A stretch of 64,000 nucleotides of DNA from Candidatus Doudnabacteria bacterium RIFCSPHIGHO2_01_FULL_46_14 (GTDB lineage Bacteria; Patescibacteriota; Doudnabacteria; UBA920; 2-01-FULL-46-14). The DNA lies in contig MFEK01000007.1 in the NCBI GenBank assembly GCA_001779925.1, forward strand, positions 4,108 through 68,107. The letters run 5' to 3'. The position numbers and the translations under genes are program-made. Shown here one piece after another: positions 18,159 to 26,887 of the stretch; within the stretch, counting starts at the first letter, position 1; every line of letters begins with the position of its first letter. The notes beneath the pieces are model-generated. The model was not told where the DNA came from. It saw only the letters and a program-made list of their open reading frames with translations, and ran no database searches.

Positions 18159-19151
18159 TTGCCCAAAATCACCAAAACCCAACGAGCAGAGCTTCATACC
18201 CATCTTGGCGCGGCTGTGGATCCGCCGATTCTCTGGTCAATCGCCCACCGCCAAGGCATCAAACTCCCAACAAAAAACTATTGGGATTTTGAAGACATGA
18301 TCACGATTGATCCAAACGAGAAAAACCGGAACGTAGGCGAGCTGGATAAAAATTTCTACCATTGGACCGAGCTTATTCAGTCTTCTCCCGAAGCCGTGGA
18401 AGAATCTGTGAAAAGCATTATCGGCGGCGGCTACCGTAAAAACAACCTGGTGCTTCAGGAGCTTCGGTTCAACCCTATGAAACGAAACCGCGGCGGTGAA
18501 CGCGATCTGGACCATATCATCATGTCCGCGATCTGGGGTCTAGACAAGGCTCTCCTCGAATACCCGCACGTGAAAGCCGGCATCATTCTGATGATGGGCC
18601 GCACCCTTACCTTAAAACAAAACGAGATCATTCTGCACAAAGCCATTAAATACAAAAATGAAGGCGTCATCGGTATCGATATTGCTGATCCTCAAGTCAA
18701 ATCATTCTCTATGAAAGAACACGCTAGACTTTTCCAAAAAGCCAAAGCAGCCGGCCTCGGTCTCACTATACACACTGGCGAAGAGGGCGATCTTGAGGAA
18801 ATGCGTTATGTGGTAAAAGAAATCAAGCCGCATCGAATCGGCCACGGCGTGATGGCTGCGCGCGACCCTCAACTCATGCGGGAAATTGCCAAAAATAAAA
18901 TCGTCTTGGAAATTTGCCCAACCTCAAATCTGCGCAACAGCGTAGTCAAAAACGTTGGGGAGCTCAAAAAAATAATCAGGGATCTAAAAAAACACAAAGT
19001 CCGATTTACCATCAACACAGACGGCCCGGAAATGTATCGTACCAATATTCATAAAGAACAAGAATTTCTGATTAAAAATAAAATCCTAAGCCCCAAAGAG
19101 GTGGCCCAGTGTACCAAATGGGCATTTGAAGCATCGTTCATAAAAAATTGA
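18159..19151 (+). CDS. add: Adenosine/AMP deaminase family
   Basis: ELHTHLG, HTGE, RIGHG, EICPTSN, NTD. Confidence 0.9.
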   Translation: MPKITKTQRAELHTHLGAAVDPPILWSIAHRQGIKLPTKNYWDFEDMITIDPNEKNRNVGELDKNFYHWTELIQSSPEAVEESVKSIIGGGYRKNNLVLQELRFNPMKRNRGGERDLDHIIMSAIWGLDKALLEYPHVKAGIILMMGRTLTLKQNEIILHKAIKYKNEGVIGIDIADPQVKSFSMKEHARLFQKAKAAGLGLTIHTGEEGDLEEMRYVVKEIKPHRIGHGVMAARDPQLMREIAKNKIVLEICPTSNLRNSVVKNVGELKKIIRDLKKHKVRFTINTDGPEMYRTNIHKEQEFLIKNKILSPKEVAQCTKWAFEASFIKN

Positions 19152-19270
19152 TCTAATTGCTCTAATTTCTAATTGACTAAACAATGCCACAAATCCCAAT
19201 CCCCAATTAGACATTCGCTTTTTGGGTATTATTTAGAAATTAGGTTAATTAGAATAATTATAAATTCTTT

Positions 19271-20908
19271 ATGATTTACGTTCTTGATTTCGGTTCTCAA
19301 TACTCCCATCTCATTACTCGCCGCATACGCGAGCTCGGCGTACTTGCCGAATTGGTCGCGCCCAATATTTCTCTGGATAAACTGAAATCCGCAGACGGCA
19401 TTATCCTCTCCGGCGGACCGCAAAATCTTTCGGACAGCGACGCGCTCCGCGTGGACAAAAAAATCTTTAACCTAGGCGTTCCTATCCTTGGCATCTGCTA
19501 TGGCATGCAGCTGACGGCTTACGAGCTGGGCGGCCGCGTGAAGGCGGGTAAAAAACGCGAATACGGGCCGACTGACATTAAAATAATAAAACCCGGCAAA
19601 CTGTTTGCTGGACTCAAGCCAAACCAGCGAACCTGGATGTCACACGGAGACCAGGTGGTCAGACTGCCGAAAGGATTCACAAAAATTGCCGGCTCAGTAA
19701 ACTGTCCGATCGCGGCTATGTCCAACCAGGCAAAAAACATCTACTGCCTGCAATTTCATCCTGAGGTCATCCATACCGAGAATGGGAAAAAAATCCTGGA
19801 AAATTTTATAAAAATCACGGGAGCGGCCAGAACCTGGTCAATGAAAGATTTTATTGCTAAAGAAATCGACAAAGTAAAAAAACAAATTGGCAGAGATAAA
19901 GCGATCTGCGCGCTGTCCGGCGGCGTGGATAGCGCAGTGGCTGCAAAAATAGTTTCCAAGGCTATCGGCAAAAATCTCATTTGTATTTACGTGGACACTG
20001 GCCTCATGCGCCTTGGCGAAACCGCGCAGATCAAAAAGTCATTCAAAAACCTCAGAGTCGTTAATGCCGAGAAAGAATTTCTTGCCAAGCTCAAAGGCGT
20101 CACTGACCCAGAAAAAAAGCGTAAAACTATTGGCGAGCTGTTTATTCGGATTTTTGAACGCGAGGCAAGGAAATTGTCACCCCCACCTAGCCTCCCCCCT
20201 CGAGCCTACCCCAAAAGCGAGTACGCTTTCGGGGGACCCCGGCAAGGGGGAGGAAAAAGAAACAAATTCCCCTCCCTTACTGTGCCCGCCGTAGCTTCAC
20301 GCGAAGGCTGGGAGGGGAGGGTGAAATTTCTTGTCCAGGGCACGCTGTATACTGACGCGGTAAGCTCTGGCGTATCAATTGGAAAAACGGCTGCAGTCAT
20401 CAAATCGCATCACAATGTCGGCGGTCTTCCTAAAAAACTGGGGTTCAAACTCATCGAGCCGCTCCGTGATTTGTACAAATACGAGGTCAGAAAACTCGGC
20501 CGCGAGCTCGGCCTTCCCAAATCGATTTATAACCGCCAGCCCTTCCCCGGTCCCGGGCTCGGCGTCCGAGTGATCGGCGAGGTCACAGAAGAAAAACTGG
20601 AACTCCTGAAAAAAGCAGACGCTATTGTCTGCGAGGTAATTGAGAAATCCAAAATCGCCGTTGATCAATATTTTGCCGTACTGCCAGATATTCGGTCAGT
20701 CGGGGTTCAGGGTGATTTTCGCACCTATGGCTGGCCAATCATTATCCGCGCGCTGAATACCGCTGACTACCTCACGGTCCACTGGGCAAAAATTCCCCAT
20801 CCGATTCTGGAAAAAATCTCCACCCGCATCACCAACGAGGTTCGCGGCATAAACCGTGTGGTTTACGATATCACCTCCAAACCCCCTGCCACGGTGGAGT
20901 GGGAATAA
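19271..20908 (+). CDS. guaA: GMP synthase
   Basis: LDFGSQY, LGICYG, QFHPE, SGGVDS, KPPATVEWE. Confidence 0.97.
   Translation: MIYVLDFGSQYSHLITRRIRELGVLAELVAPNISLDKLKSADGIILSGGPQNLSDSDALRVDKKIFNLGVPILGICYGMQLTAYELGGRVKAGKKREYGPTDIKIIKPGKLFAGLKPNQRTWMSHGDQVVRLPKGFTKIAGSVNCPIAAMSNQAKNIYCLQFHPEVIHTENGKKILENFIKITGAARTWSMKDFIAKEIDKVKKQIGRDKAICALSGGVDSAVAAKIVSKAIGKNLICIYVDTGLMRLGETAQIKKSFKNLRVVNAEKEFLAKLKGVTDPEKKRKTIGELFIRIFEREARKLSPPPSLPPRAYPKSEYAFGGPRQGGGKRNKFPSLTVPAVASREGWEGRVKFLVQGTLYTDAVSSGVSIGKTAAVIKSHHNVGGLPKKLGFKLIEPLRDLYKYEVRKLGRELGLPKSIYNRQPFPGPGLGVRVIGEVTEEKLELLKKADAIVCEVIEKSKIAVDQYFAVLPDIRSVGVQGDFRTYGWPIIIRALNTADYLTVHWAKIPHPILEKISTRITNEVRGINRVVYDITSKPPATVEWE
20177..20324. repeat. Composite family C element in frame in guaA
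   Basis: About 49 extra residues between EARKL and KFLVQGT; contains two nested hairpin elements. Confidence 0.85.
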
Positions 20909-20960
20909 ACACTGTGCGGTGTTAGCGTACTAGTATGCTAACACTGTCTACTGAAATGCG

Positions 20961-20987
20961 ACCGCCTTGATACAAAGGCGGTTTTTT
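20961..20987 (+). terminator. Terminator after guaA
   Basis: ACCGCCTT-GATACA-AAGGCGGT-TTTTT. Confidence 0.7.
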
Positions 20988-21045
20988 GATAAATTTAGCT
21001 ATTGTTCCTACCAAATTTGCAATGATCTTTTTCAGGAGGACTGTA

Positions 21046-22500
21046 ATGACAAATAAAGAAAAGTTTCTACACGAGGCCCGGGAAGCTCAAGTTCTAGGAA
21101 TGGTTGGCGGCGCCGGAGGCGATGAATCGAAGGGACTCTGGACAGCCAGGGTCATGGATGGGTTCGACGCGGTAGCGCGGTGGGGAGGCGGTCAAAATGC
21201 CGGCCATTCTTACGGAGATTTCTCTCTGCATCTCATTCCCATGGGTGCGGTGAAGGGAATCCCCGGCTACATCGGGCAAGGATGCTTGGTCAATGCCGTC
21301 GGCGCGATTCAAGAATTGGCCGGAATCAACGCTCGGTTCGGAATAATGCCTCAACTGCGCATTGACCGAAACTGCCCGCTGTGGACGCCTTATCATCGGT
21401 ATTTAGAAATCTACATTGAAAAAATCAAGGATACCAATGCCACCGGCTCAACCGGCCAGGCAATCGGGCCCATGGCGGCATTAGATCTTCTCAGGACCAG
21501 TGTCCGAACAGGGATGCTGCTCCGGCCAGATCTGCTCCGAGACGGGATAGAAGAGAGCTACGACATCTTGCAGCCCATTTTCTTTCAGATGCAAGATCTA
21601 AAGTGGCTGGGAGAGGTAGAACATCCTGAGAAAGTCTGGACGACTTTGCTCCATGAATCCTCAGCCTTGCATCCTTTCATCACCGATGTCGGATTTGAAC
21701 TGAGAGAATTGCTGAAAAATGGAAAGCGGATCGTTGCAGAAGGTCACCAGGGCACAATGCTCGATCCGAAATTCGGCACATGGCCATTCGTTACCGCTAC
21801 ACCATGTACTGCCCACAGTATCAGCTATGGACTCGGCCTGCCGCCAAATATCCGCCAGCAAGTACTGCTCGTTACCAAAACCATGCCGACAAGAGTTGGC
21901 GCCGGTCCGTTCCCTTCGGAAATTTGGGACCGGGAATCGGCGAAAAACTTTCCCACTCTTCATCCCGAGCTTTTTCGGGACGGAGAGCCGCGCACCACTT
22001 TTCTGGAAAGTATTCGGAGAAAGATGAACGCCGAAATGTCGACAGATGCGGCAACCGCAGCGGAAATTTCCCAATATTTTCAGGTTCTGGCCAAGGAATT
22101 CGGCAGAACCACAGGTCGCGGCCGCAGTGTTGGCTATTTCGATGTCCCATGGCACCGCTATTCCATCATCATCAATGATGCCAAATGGGTGGCCCTCAGT
22201 CTTCTCGACGTGCTGTCAGGTCTGAAACGAATCCGGTACGTCAAGGAGTATTGGGTTGACGGGAAACGCCTCAAAGACGGCGAGGTTCCAGCATCTTGGA
22301 CTTCAAAACTGCAGGCGTACGCCGCCGACATCGACTGGGACTGCTGGCCAGAGAATATCTACAGCTGTAATTCCTGGGGAGAGTTGCCAGATGGAGCTAA
22401 AAAGTATGTAGAAAGGCTCCAGGAAGCTCTCGGCACCCCAATTCTTGCGACCAGCACGGGTCCAGAGGAAGATTCCTGGATGATGGTCAATATCGGCTAG
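21046..22500 (+). CDS. purA: Adenylosuccinate synthetase (divergent)
   Basis: GDESKG, GGQNAGH, EGHQG, TRVGAGPFPSE, EFGRTTGR; AGGAGG before the ATG at 21046. Confidence 0.88.
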   Translation: MTNKEKFLHEAREAQVLGMVGGAGGDESKGLWTARVMDGFDAVARWGGGQNAGHSYGDFSLHLIPMGAVKGIPGYIGQGCLVNAVGAIQELAGINARFGIMPQLRIDRNCPLWTPYHRYLEIYIEKIKDTNATGSTGQAIGPMAALDLLRTSVRTGMLLRPDLLRDGIEESYDILQPIFFQMQDLKWLGEVEHPEKVWTTLLHESSALHPFITDVGFELRELLKNGKRIVAEGHQGTMLDPKFGTWPFVTATPCTAHSISYGLGLPPNIRQQVLLVTKTMPTRVGAGPFPSEIWDRESAKNFPTLHPELFRDGEPRTTFLESIRRKMNAEMSTDAATAAEISQYFQVLAKEFGRTTGRGRSVGYFDVPWHRYSIIINDAKWVALSLLDVLSGLKRIRYVKEYWVDGKRLKDGEVPASWTSKLQAYAADIDWDCWPENIYSCNSWGELPDGAKKYVERLQEALGTPILATSTGPEEDSWMMVNIG

Positions 22501-22554
22501 AAACTTGGCTCCCTCGAAAATTGCGTTTTAGGCGCAGTTCGAGGGAGTTGTTTT

Positions 22555-23289
22555 TTATTTCTTTTCGGCTTTTTCTTCGGCTTTTGTTTCTTTCTTTTCC
22601 GCTTTTTCCGCCTTGACGGATTCGGCAGAGACGCCTTCGCCTTCAACAACAGCTTCTGGTACTTTCGTAAGAGCCTCTACCGCGGCTTTTTCCGCCTCAG
22701 CAGTCGGCTGTTCGAGAGAAGCAAGTTCTTCTTCGGAACGCGGCGCCTGCACAGAGACAATCATGTCATCCGGATTGCCTAAAATTTTCACTTTATCGGA
22801 AACCTTCACGTCAGCAAGCCGGATCGTATTTTCAAAAGTTTTTAAACCCGTCAGATCAATCTCAATCTTGTGCGGCAGATCCGCAGGCAAAGCCTCTACC
22901 TCAATCTCATTGGCGACTTTGAGCAGAATCCCGCCGAGCTCTTTGACTGCCGGGGCGATGCCAATAAATTCCAACGGCACCTTGGCATGCGTTTTCTTCG
23001 TCAAATCCACCTCATAAAAATCCACGTGAATCGCTTCATCGCGCATAAAGTGCTTGGCCACGTCGTGAATCAGAACCTTGGTTTCCGTCTTGCCGTCGAT
23101 TTTCAGATTGACCAGGGTATTTTCTCCGGCTTTCCGGTAGATTTTATCAAATGCCTTGGAAGCAATCTGAAGATGCACTGATTCTTTTCCCGAACCGTAA
23201 AGAACGGCCGGGAGAATGCCCTGCTTGCGAAGTTTGATATTTTGTTTGCCCAGAACAGTGCGTGCCTGAGCTTCAATAACTAGTTCCAT
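22555..23289 (-). CDS. rplY: 50S ribosomal protein L25/Ctc
   Basis: LRKQGILPAVLYG, HVDFY, PADLP. Confidence 0.95.
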   Translation of the reverse strand: MELVIEAQARTVLGKQNIKLRKQGILPAVLYGSGKESVHLQIASKAFDKIYRKAGENTLVNLKIDGKTETKVLIHDVAKHFMRDEAIHVDFYEVDLTKKTHAKVPLEFIGIAPAVKELGGILLKVANEIEVEALPADLPHKIEIDLTGLKTFENTIRLADVKVSDKVKILGNPDDMIVSVQAPRSEEELASLEQPTAEAEKAAVEALTKVPEAVVEGEGVSAESVKAEKAEKKETKAEEKAEKK

Positions 23290-23362
23290 AAGCTTTACGA
23301 ATTACTAATGAGTACGAATATACGAATTCGTACATTCGTAATTGATTCGTTATTCGTAAAAC
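23290..23362. repeat. Family D2 empty TACGAA inverted array
   Basis: AAGCTTTACGAA...TTCGTAAAAC, abutting the rplY ATG. Confidence 0.85.
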
Positions 23363-23436
23363 AAATAATAGCAAATAAAAAACCCGCAGTCAAGGGGCGG
23401 ATTTGTAAATTCGTATTGATTAGTAATTCGCAGGGA

Positions 23437-23793
23437 TCAGCGTATTACCCCGGCAAAATTGCCATCGAATGTTTCCAGAAAATTGTGAAATTCCATAACT
23501 TCGTCCACGGTAATCTGGTCAGCGTCGCGGAACCGGGCCGCATCAGCGCTCGTCAGGTCTGTAACCATGCCCACCGAGAAAATTTCCGGTCCATCCATGG
23601 AAATGCTAAATACCACCGAGCTTTTGCAGCGCTCACAATCTGTATGAACCAGCATGGATGATTCCTCGGTTTTCTCCATGCCCTTGGTTTCAATGACATT
23701 AGTATTTTCCGCATTATATTTGGCCGCACAAATCGGGCAGTGAAGCACCAGCGCCAAGAGTTCTATCATTTTTTGGATATTTGTTTCCCGCAT
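23437..23793 (-). CDS. Hypothetical zinc-ribbon protein
   Basis: CPIC and CERC motifs. Confidence 0.75.
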   Translation of the reverse strand: MRETNIQKMIELLALVLHCPICAAKYNAENTNVIETKGMEKTEESSMLVHTDCERCKSSVVFSISMDGPEIFSVGMVTDLTSADAARFRDADQITVDEVMEFHNFLETFDGNFAGVIR

Positions 23794-24076
23794 TTCCTCA
23801 AAATTCTCTATTCTCTCTCCTTGTTCCTATTATACACCAAAAATACCTCTTTGACAAGCTCTCATGGTTAAAAAAAAATCGGCAGAGATCTCTCGTGAAA
23901 AGAGACCCCCTGCCGATTGTGCTTAACCGGTTGGGACTACTTGCACCCGATTTTTGAGCAGACGTTCGCTGCCCCCAGCAACTACCTCTGATTTTTGTGC
24001 ATGTGCGGTTTACGCTTCTTGCGTCTGCCGTTTTTAGGCTGATGAATGGTTGCGGTCGGATCGAAAGGCTTTGCCC

Positions 24077-24484
24077 TTAGAATTTTTGCAGAAATTGGGC
24101 GGGGGTGAGGATTTTTATGCCCCGAAAAATTTTCAAGTTCAAAAGTTCCAGGTCGCCGGTAACGATAAAATCGCAGCGACCTTCCGCTGCTGCTTCCAGT
24201 ACCCGATTGTCGTCTTCGTCCCGCAGTTCCCTCAGAATAAAGCTCGGGTGAACAAATTGAAATGCCTGCTTTATTTCAGATTCAGTTTGGATCAGACGCT
24301 CGTTTGAGAATTTGAATTTCTTTGCAAAAACATCCAAAACTTCTGCGAGCAGGATAGGAGATGTGATCGCTATGAAACGGCTCTCGATGAGCAAATCAAT
24401 TATCTGCTGTGGTTTGCCGCCGTAAAGAAACGCGGAAATGAGAATATTGGAATCAAGAACGGCCTTGACTTTGCCGTTTACCAT
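24077..24484 (-). CDS. PIN-domain (VapC-like) toxin
   Basis: VLDSNILISA, RDEDDNRVLE, IVTGD. Confidence 0.9.
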   Translation of the reverse strand: MVNGKVKAVLDSNILISAFLYGGKPQQIIDLLIESRFIAITSPILLAEVLDVFAKKFKFSNERLIQTESEIKQAFQFVHPSFILRELRDEDDNRVLEAAAEGRCDFIVTGDLELLNLKIFRGIKILTPAQFLQKF

Positions 24485-24716
24485 GTCGATATTCGTAAAC
24501 TATCCGGTTTACATCTTCCTCGCTTTTAATCCCCATTTTCCGCCCGATTTTTTGGCCATAGGCGAACAGGTCTGCCCATTTTTCTTTCTGAGCCAAATAA
24601 ACCCGGACTGCTTCACGAATAAATTCACTGCGATTTTGATACTCGCGCTTAGCTGTTTGATCTATTTTCCTCACCAGCTGATCTGGCAAAGCAATATTGA
24701 AAGTTTTAGTCTTCAC
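24453..24716 (-). CDS. RHH/CopG antitoxin; GTG start supplied by MITE
   Basis: NIALPDQLV...NRSEFIREAV; overlaps the toxin gene. Confidence 0.88.
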   Translation of the reverse strand: MKTKTFNIALPDQLVRKIDQTAKREYQNRSEFIREAVRVYLAQKEKWADLFAYGQKIGRKMGIKSEEDVNRIVYEYRHGKRQSQGRS

Positions 24717-24780
24717 CCCGTTTTAGAAATAAATAATTAATCGCTCAACCCCACTGAAACACCATGCGTTTCTAACGGGA
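24716..24780. mobile_element. Family B MITE, copy 3
   Basis: CCCCGTTTTAGAAA / TTTCTAACGGGA with TTCA direct repeats. Confidence 0.8.
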
Positions 24781-24793
24781 TTCATATACATAT

Positions 24794-24822
24794 ATTGTAT
24801 ATGATACATACATAATTGTCAA
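24794..24822 (-). promoter_or_regulatory. Toxin-antitoxin operon promoter
   Basis: TTGACA-N17-TACAAT, overlapping ATGTAT/ATACA inverted repeats. Confidence 0.7.
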
Positions 24823-24832
24823 GCCCACTCAC

Positions 24833-25933
24833 CTAAAATCTTACAGGCGTGGAATGGATCGACAGGCTTTGCACAAGACCCACGAGTATGAAGGTTATGA
24901 CGAGCGAGGAACCGCCGTAGCTGAGGAACGGCAGAGTGATGCCGGTGACCGGCAAAAGCCCCAAGTTCATGCCAACGTTAACCGAGATCTGGGTGAGGAA
25001 CAAAAAAAACACGCCTGCGGCCAGGTAATTTCCGAAGCTGTCCGAGCTACGCTTCATCAGGCGCAATATTCGAAACAAAATCACCCCGAAAAATAGCAAA
25101 ACGAGAAGGCCGCCGAGAAGACCGAGTTCTTCTACGGTGGAGGCAAAAATAAAATCAGTCTGGCGCTCGGGCAGGAACTTGAGCTGGCTTTGCAGGCCGC
25201 GCGCCAATCCCCGTCCAAAAACACCGCCCGAACCAACCGCGACCATGGACTGGATCACATTGTATCCCCTGCCTAAAGGGTCTGCGGTCGGATCAATAAA
25301 AGTATGCAGACGGTCTTTCTGATAATCATGAAGGACAAACTGCCAGGAGGCCGCGGACGCGACCAAAAAAATCAAAAGCAAATATAAAAAAAATCGCTTG
25401 GGAATGCTTACCACAAGAAGCACCCCGCCCCAAATGCCCAGATGCACTATCGCGGATCCCAGATCAGACTGAAGCATGATAAGTCCTACCGGAATTGCTG
25501 CATATACAAACGACCAGGCAACGTAACGGAATTTGCGCAAGAAGGACTCTTTTCCTTGAAAATATTTTGCCAGAATAATGATGAGTGCCAGTTTGGACAG
25601 TTCCGCGGGCTGGAAATTTATCGGCCCAAGGGAAAACCAGCGCCGCGATCCGCGGATGTCTTGCCCAACCAGCAGAACGCCGACGAGTAGGAGGAGTGAA
25701 AAAATATAAATCCAGGAACTGGTTTTTCGAAAAAAACGGTAATCAAGGGAGCTGAAAAAAAACATGCCCGCAAGGCCGATGACAAGCGCAGCGATCTGCC
25801 GCATCCAAAGCGAGGATTCCGTCCGCCCGGCAAATCCCGTGGAATAAATCATCATAATCCCCACTGCGGAAAGCGCTAGCGCCGATGCAAAAAAAATCCA
25901 GTCAAAATTTTTAAACCCTTTTTCCCAAATCAT
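24833..25933 (-). CDS. rodA: SEDS peptidoglycan polymerase RodA
   Basis: QPAELSK, FLPERQTDFIF, LPFLSYGGSS. Confidence 0.93.
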   Translation of the reverse strand: MIWEKGFKNFDWIFFASALALSAVGIMMIYSTGFAGRTESSLWMRQIAALVIGLAGMFFFSSLDYRFFRKTSSWIYIFSLLLLVGVLLVGQDIRGSRRWFSLGPINFQPAELSKLALIIILAKYFQGKESFLRKFRYVAWSFVYAAIPVGLIMLQSDLGSAIVHLGIWGGVLLVVSIPKRFFLYLLLIFLVASAASWQFVLHDYQKDRLHTFIDPTADPLGRGYNVIQSMVAVGSGGVFGRGLARGLQSQLKFLPERQTDFIFASTVEELGLLGGLLVLLFFGVILFRILRLMKRSSDSFGNYLAAGVFFLFLTQISVNVGMNLGLLPVTGITLPFLSYGGSSLVITFILVGLVQSLSIHSTPVRF

Positions 25934-26760
25934 CGCCAGCCGGGATCAAGCGGATTGACGTCAGCCATGACCTCGATTTGCCCCACAGCTGAGGGAAAAA
26001 GCTCGCTGCGGGGAACCGGCCAGAAAACCTTGGAATACCGGCTTTCAAAAGGCTGAAGATCATCAAGAACTGTTTGATTGACGGCCAGGACTGTTTTATT
26101 GTCGCTTGCGAAAACTACAACCGGCACCGTTACCCGCTTGACGCTAAACGAATTGGAATTTTTGACGAGCGCTTCCACAAAAAATTTTCCATCGCTGTCT
26201 CCTGATTGTTTTTGCAAAATATCAAACTGCGGTTTGAAATCAGTAACAGCGCGCGTCCATTTCACATCTTTGATCGTAAACAGAGCCTCGATCGGTGTTT
26301 CCGCAAGGGCAACCGCCGGCACGACGATGAATTTACTCGCTCCTCTGAGAAGGAAACTACTGCCTGAAACTGTATTCAACACAACCCCGTTTTTGTTTTT
26401 AAAAACAAACTCATAATCAAAGCTTCTAGCGGATAGATCAGCATTCGGGTTAAACACTCGCGCGTAAACCGAAAAAAAATCCGACGTTCCTACGGGGAAA
26501 AAATCTCTGCCGGCGATTTTTAAATCTTGCGGATGTACAGGATTTGAACTGACTGGAATAATCGGAAGATTGGCAATGAAAGATCTGGCCAACTGCTTTC
26601 TCAAAATAATCCCTGCCGGAATGCTTAAAATAATAACAGCAATCAAAACATAATACCAAATTTTTGAGGTTGACTGAAACTGCTGGTAGAGATCCATCAA
26701 AAAAGCTTTTTCTTTGAACTGGAAATCTTCTTTCTCCGGCAGTTTTGGGATGTTTATCAT
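25930..26760 (-). CDS. Hypothetical membrane-anchored beta-rich protein
   Basis: 276 aa, ATGA overlap with rodA. Confidence 0.75.
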   Translation of the reverse strand: MINIPKLPEKEDFQFKEKAFLMDLYQQFQSTSKIWYYVLIAVIILSIPAGIILRKQLARSFIANLPIIPVSSNPVHPQDLKIAGRDFFPVGTSDFFSVYARVFNPNADLSARSFDYEFVFKNKNGVVLNTVSGSSFLLRGASKFIVVPAVALAETPIEALFTIKDVKWTRAVTDFKPQFDILQKQSGDSDGKFFVEALVKNSNSFSVKRVTVPVVVFASDNKTVLAVNQTVLDDLQPFESRYSKVFWPVPRSELFPSAVGQIEVMADVNPLDPGWR

Positions 26761-26799
26761 GAGGTTATCGTATGCTCCTAAATAGATTATAATATAATT

Positions 26800-26886
26800 A
26801 GCTACGAACTACGAATTTTTTACGAAAATACGAAAAAGAACTGATTTGTTCGTAATTTCGTAGCCTTATTTCGTAATTTCGTAGCC
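26800..26886. repeat. Family D1 empty TACGAA inverted array
   Basis: GCTACGAACTACGAA...TTCGTAGCC, ending 1 nt before the dnaE ATG. Confidence 0.85.
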
Positions 26887-26887
26887 T

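Noticed and set aside
23875-24075. c-di-GMP riboswitch or small peptide after the PIN toxin
   Set aside because: GGGCAAA and GACGCAA words occur but the helices do not form; the basic peptide frame lacks a start. Only the terminator-like hairpin is supportable.
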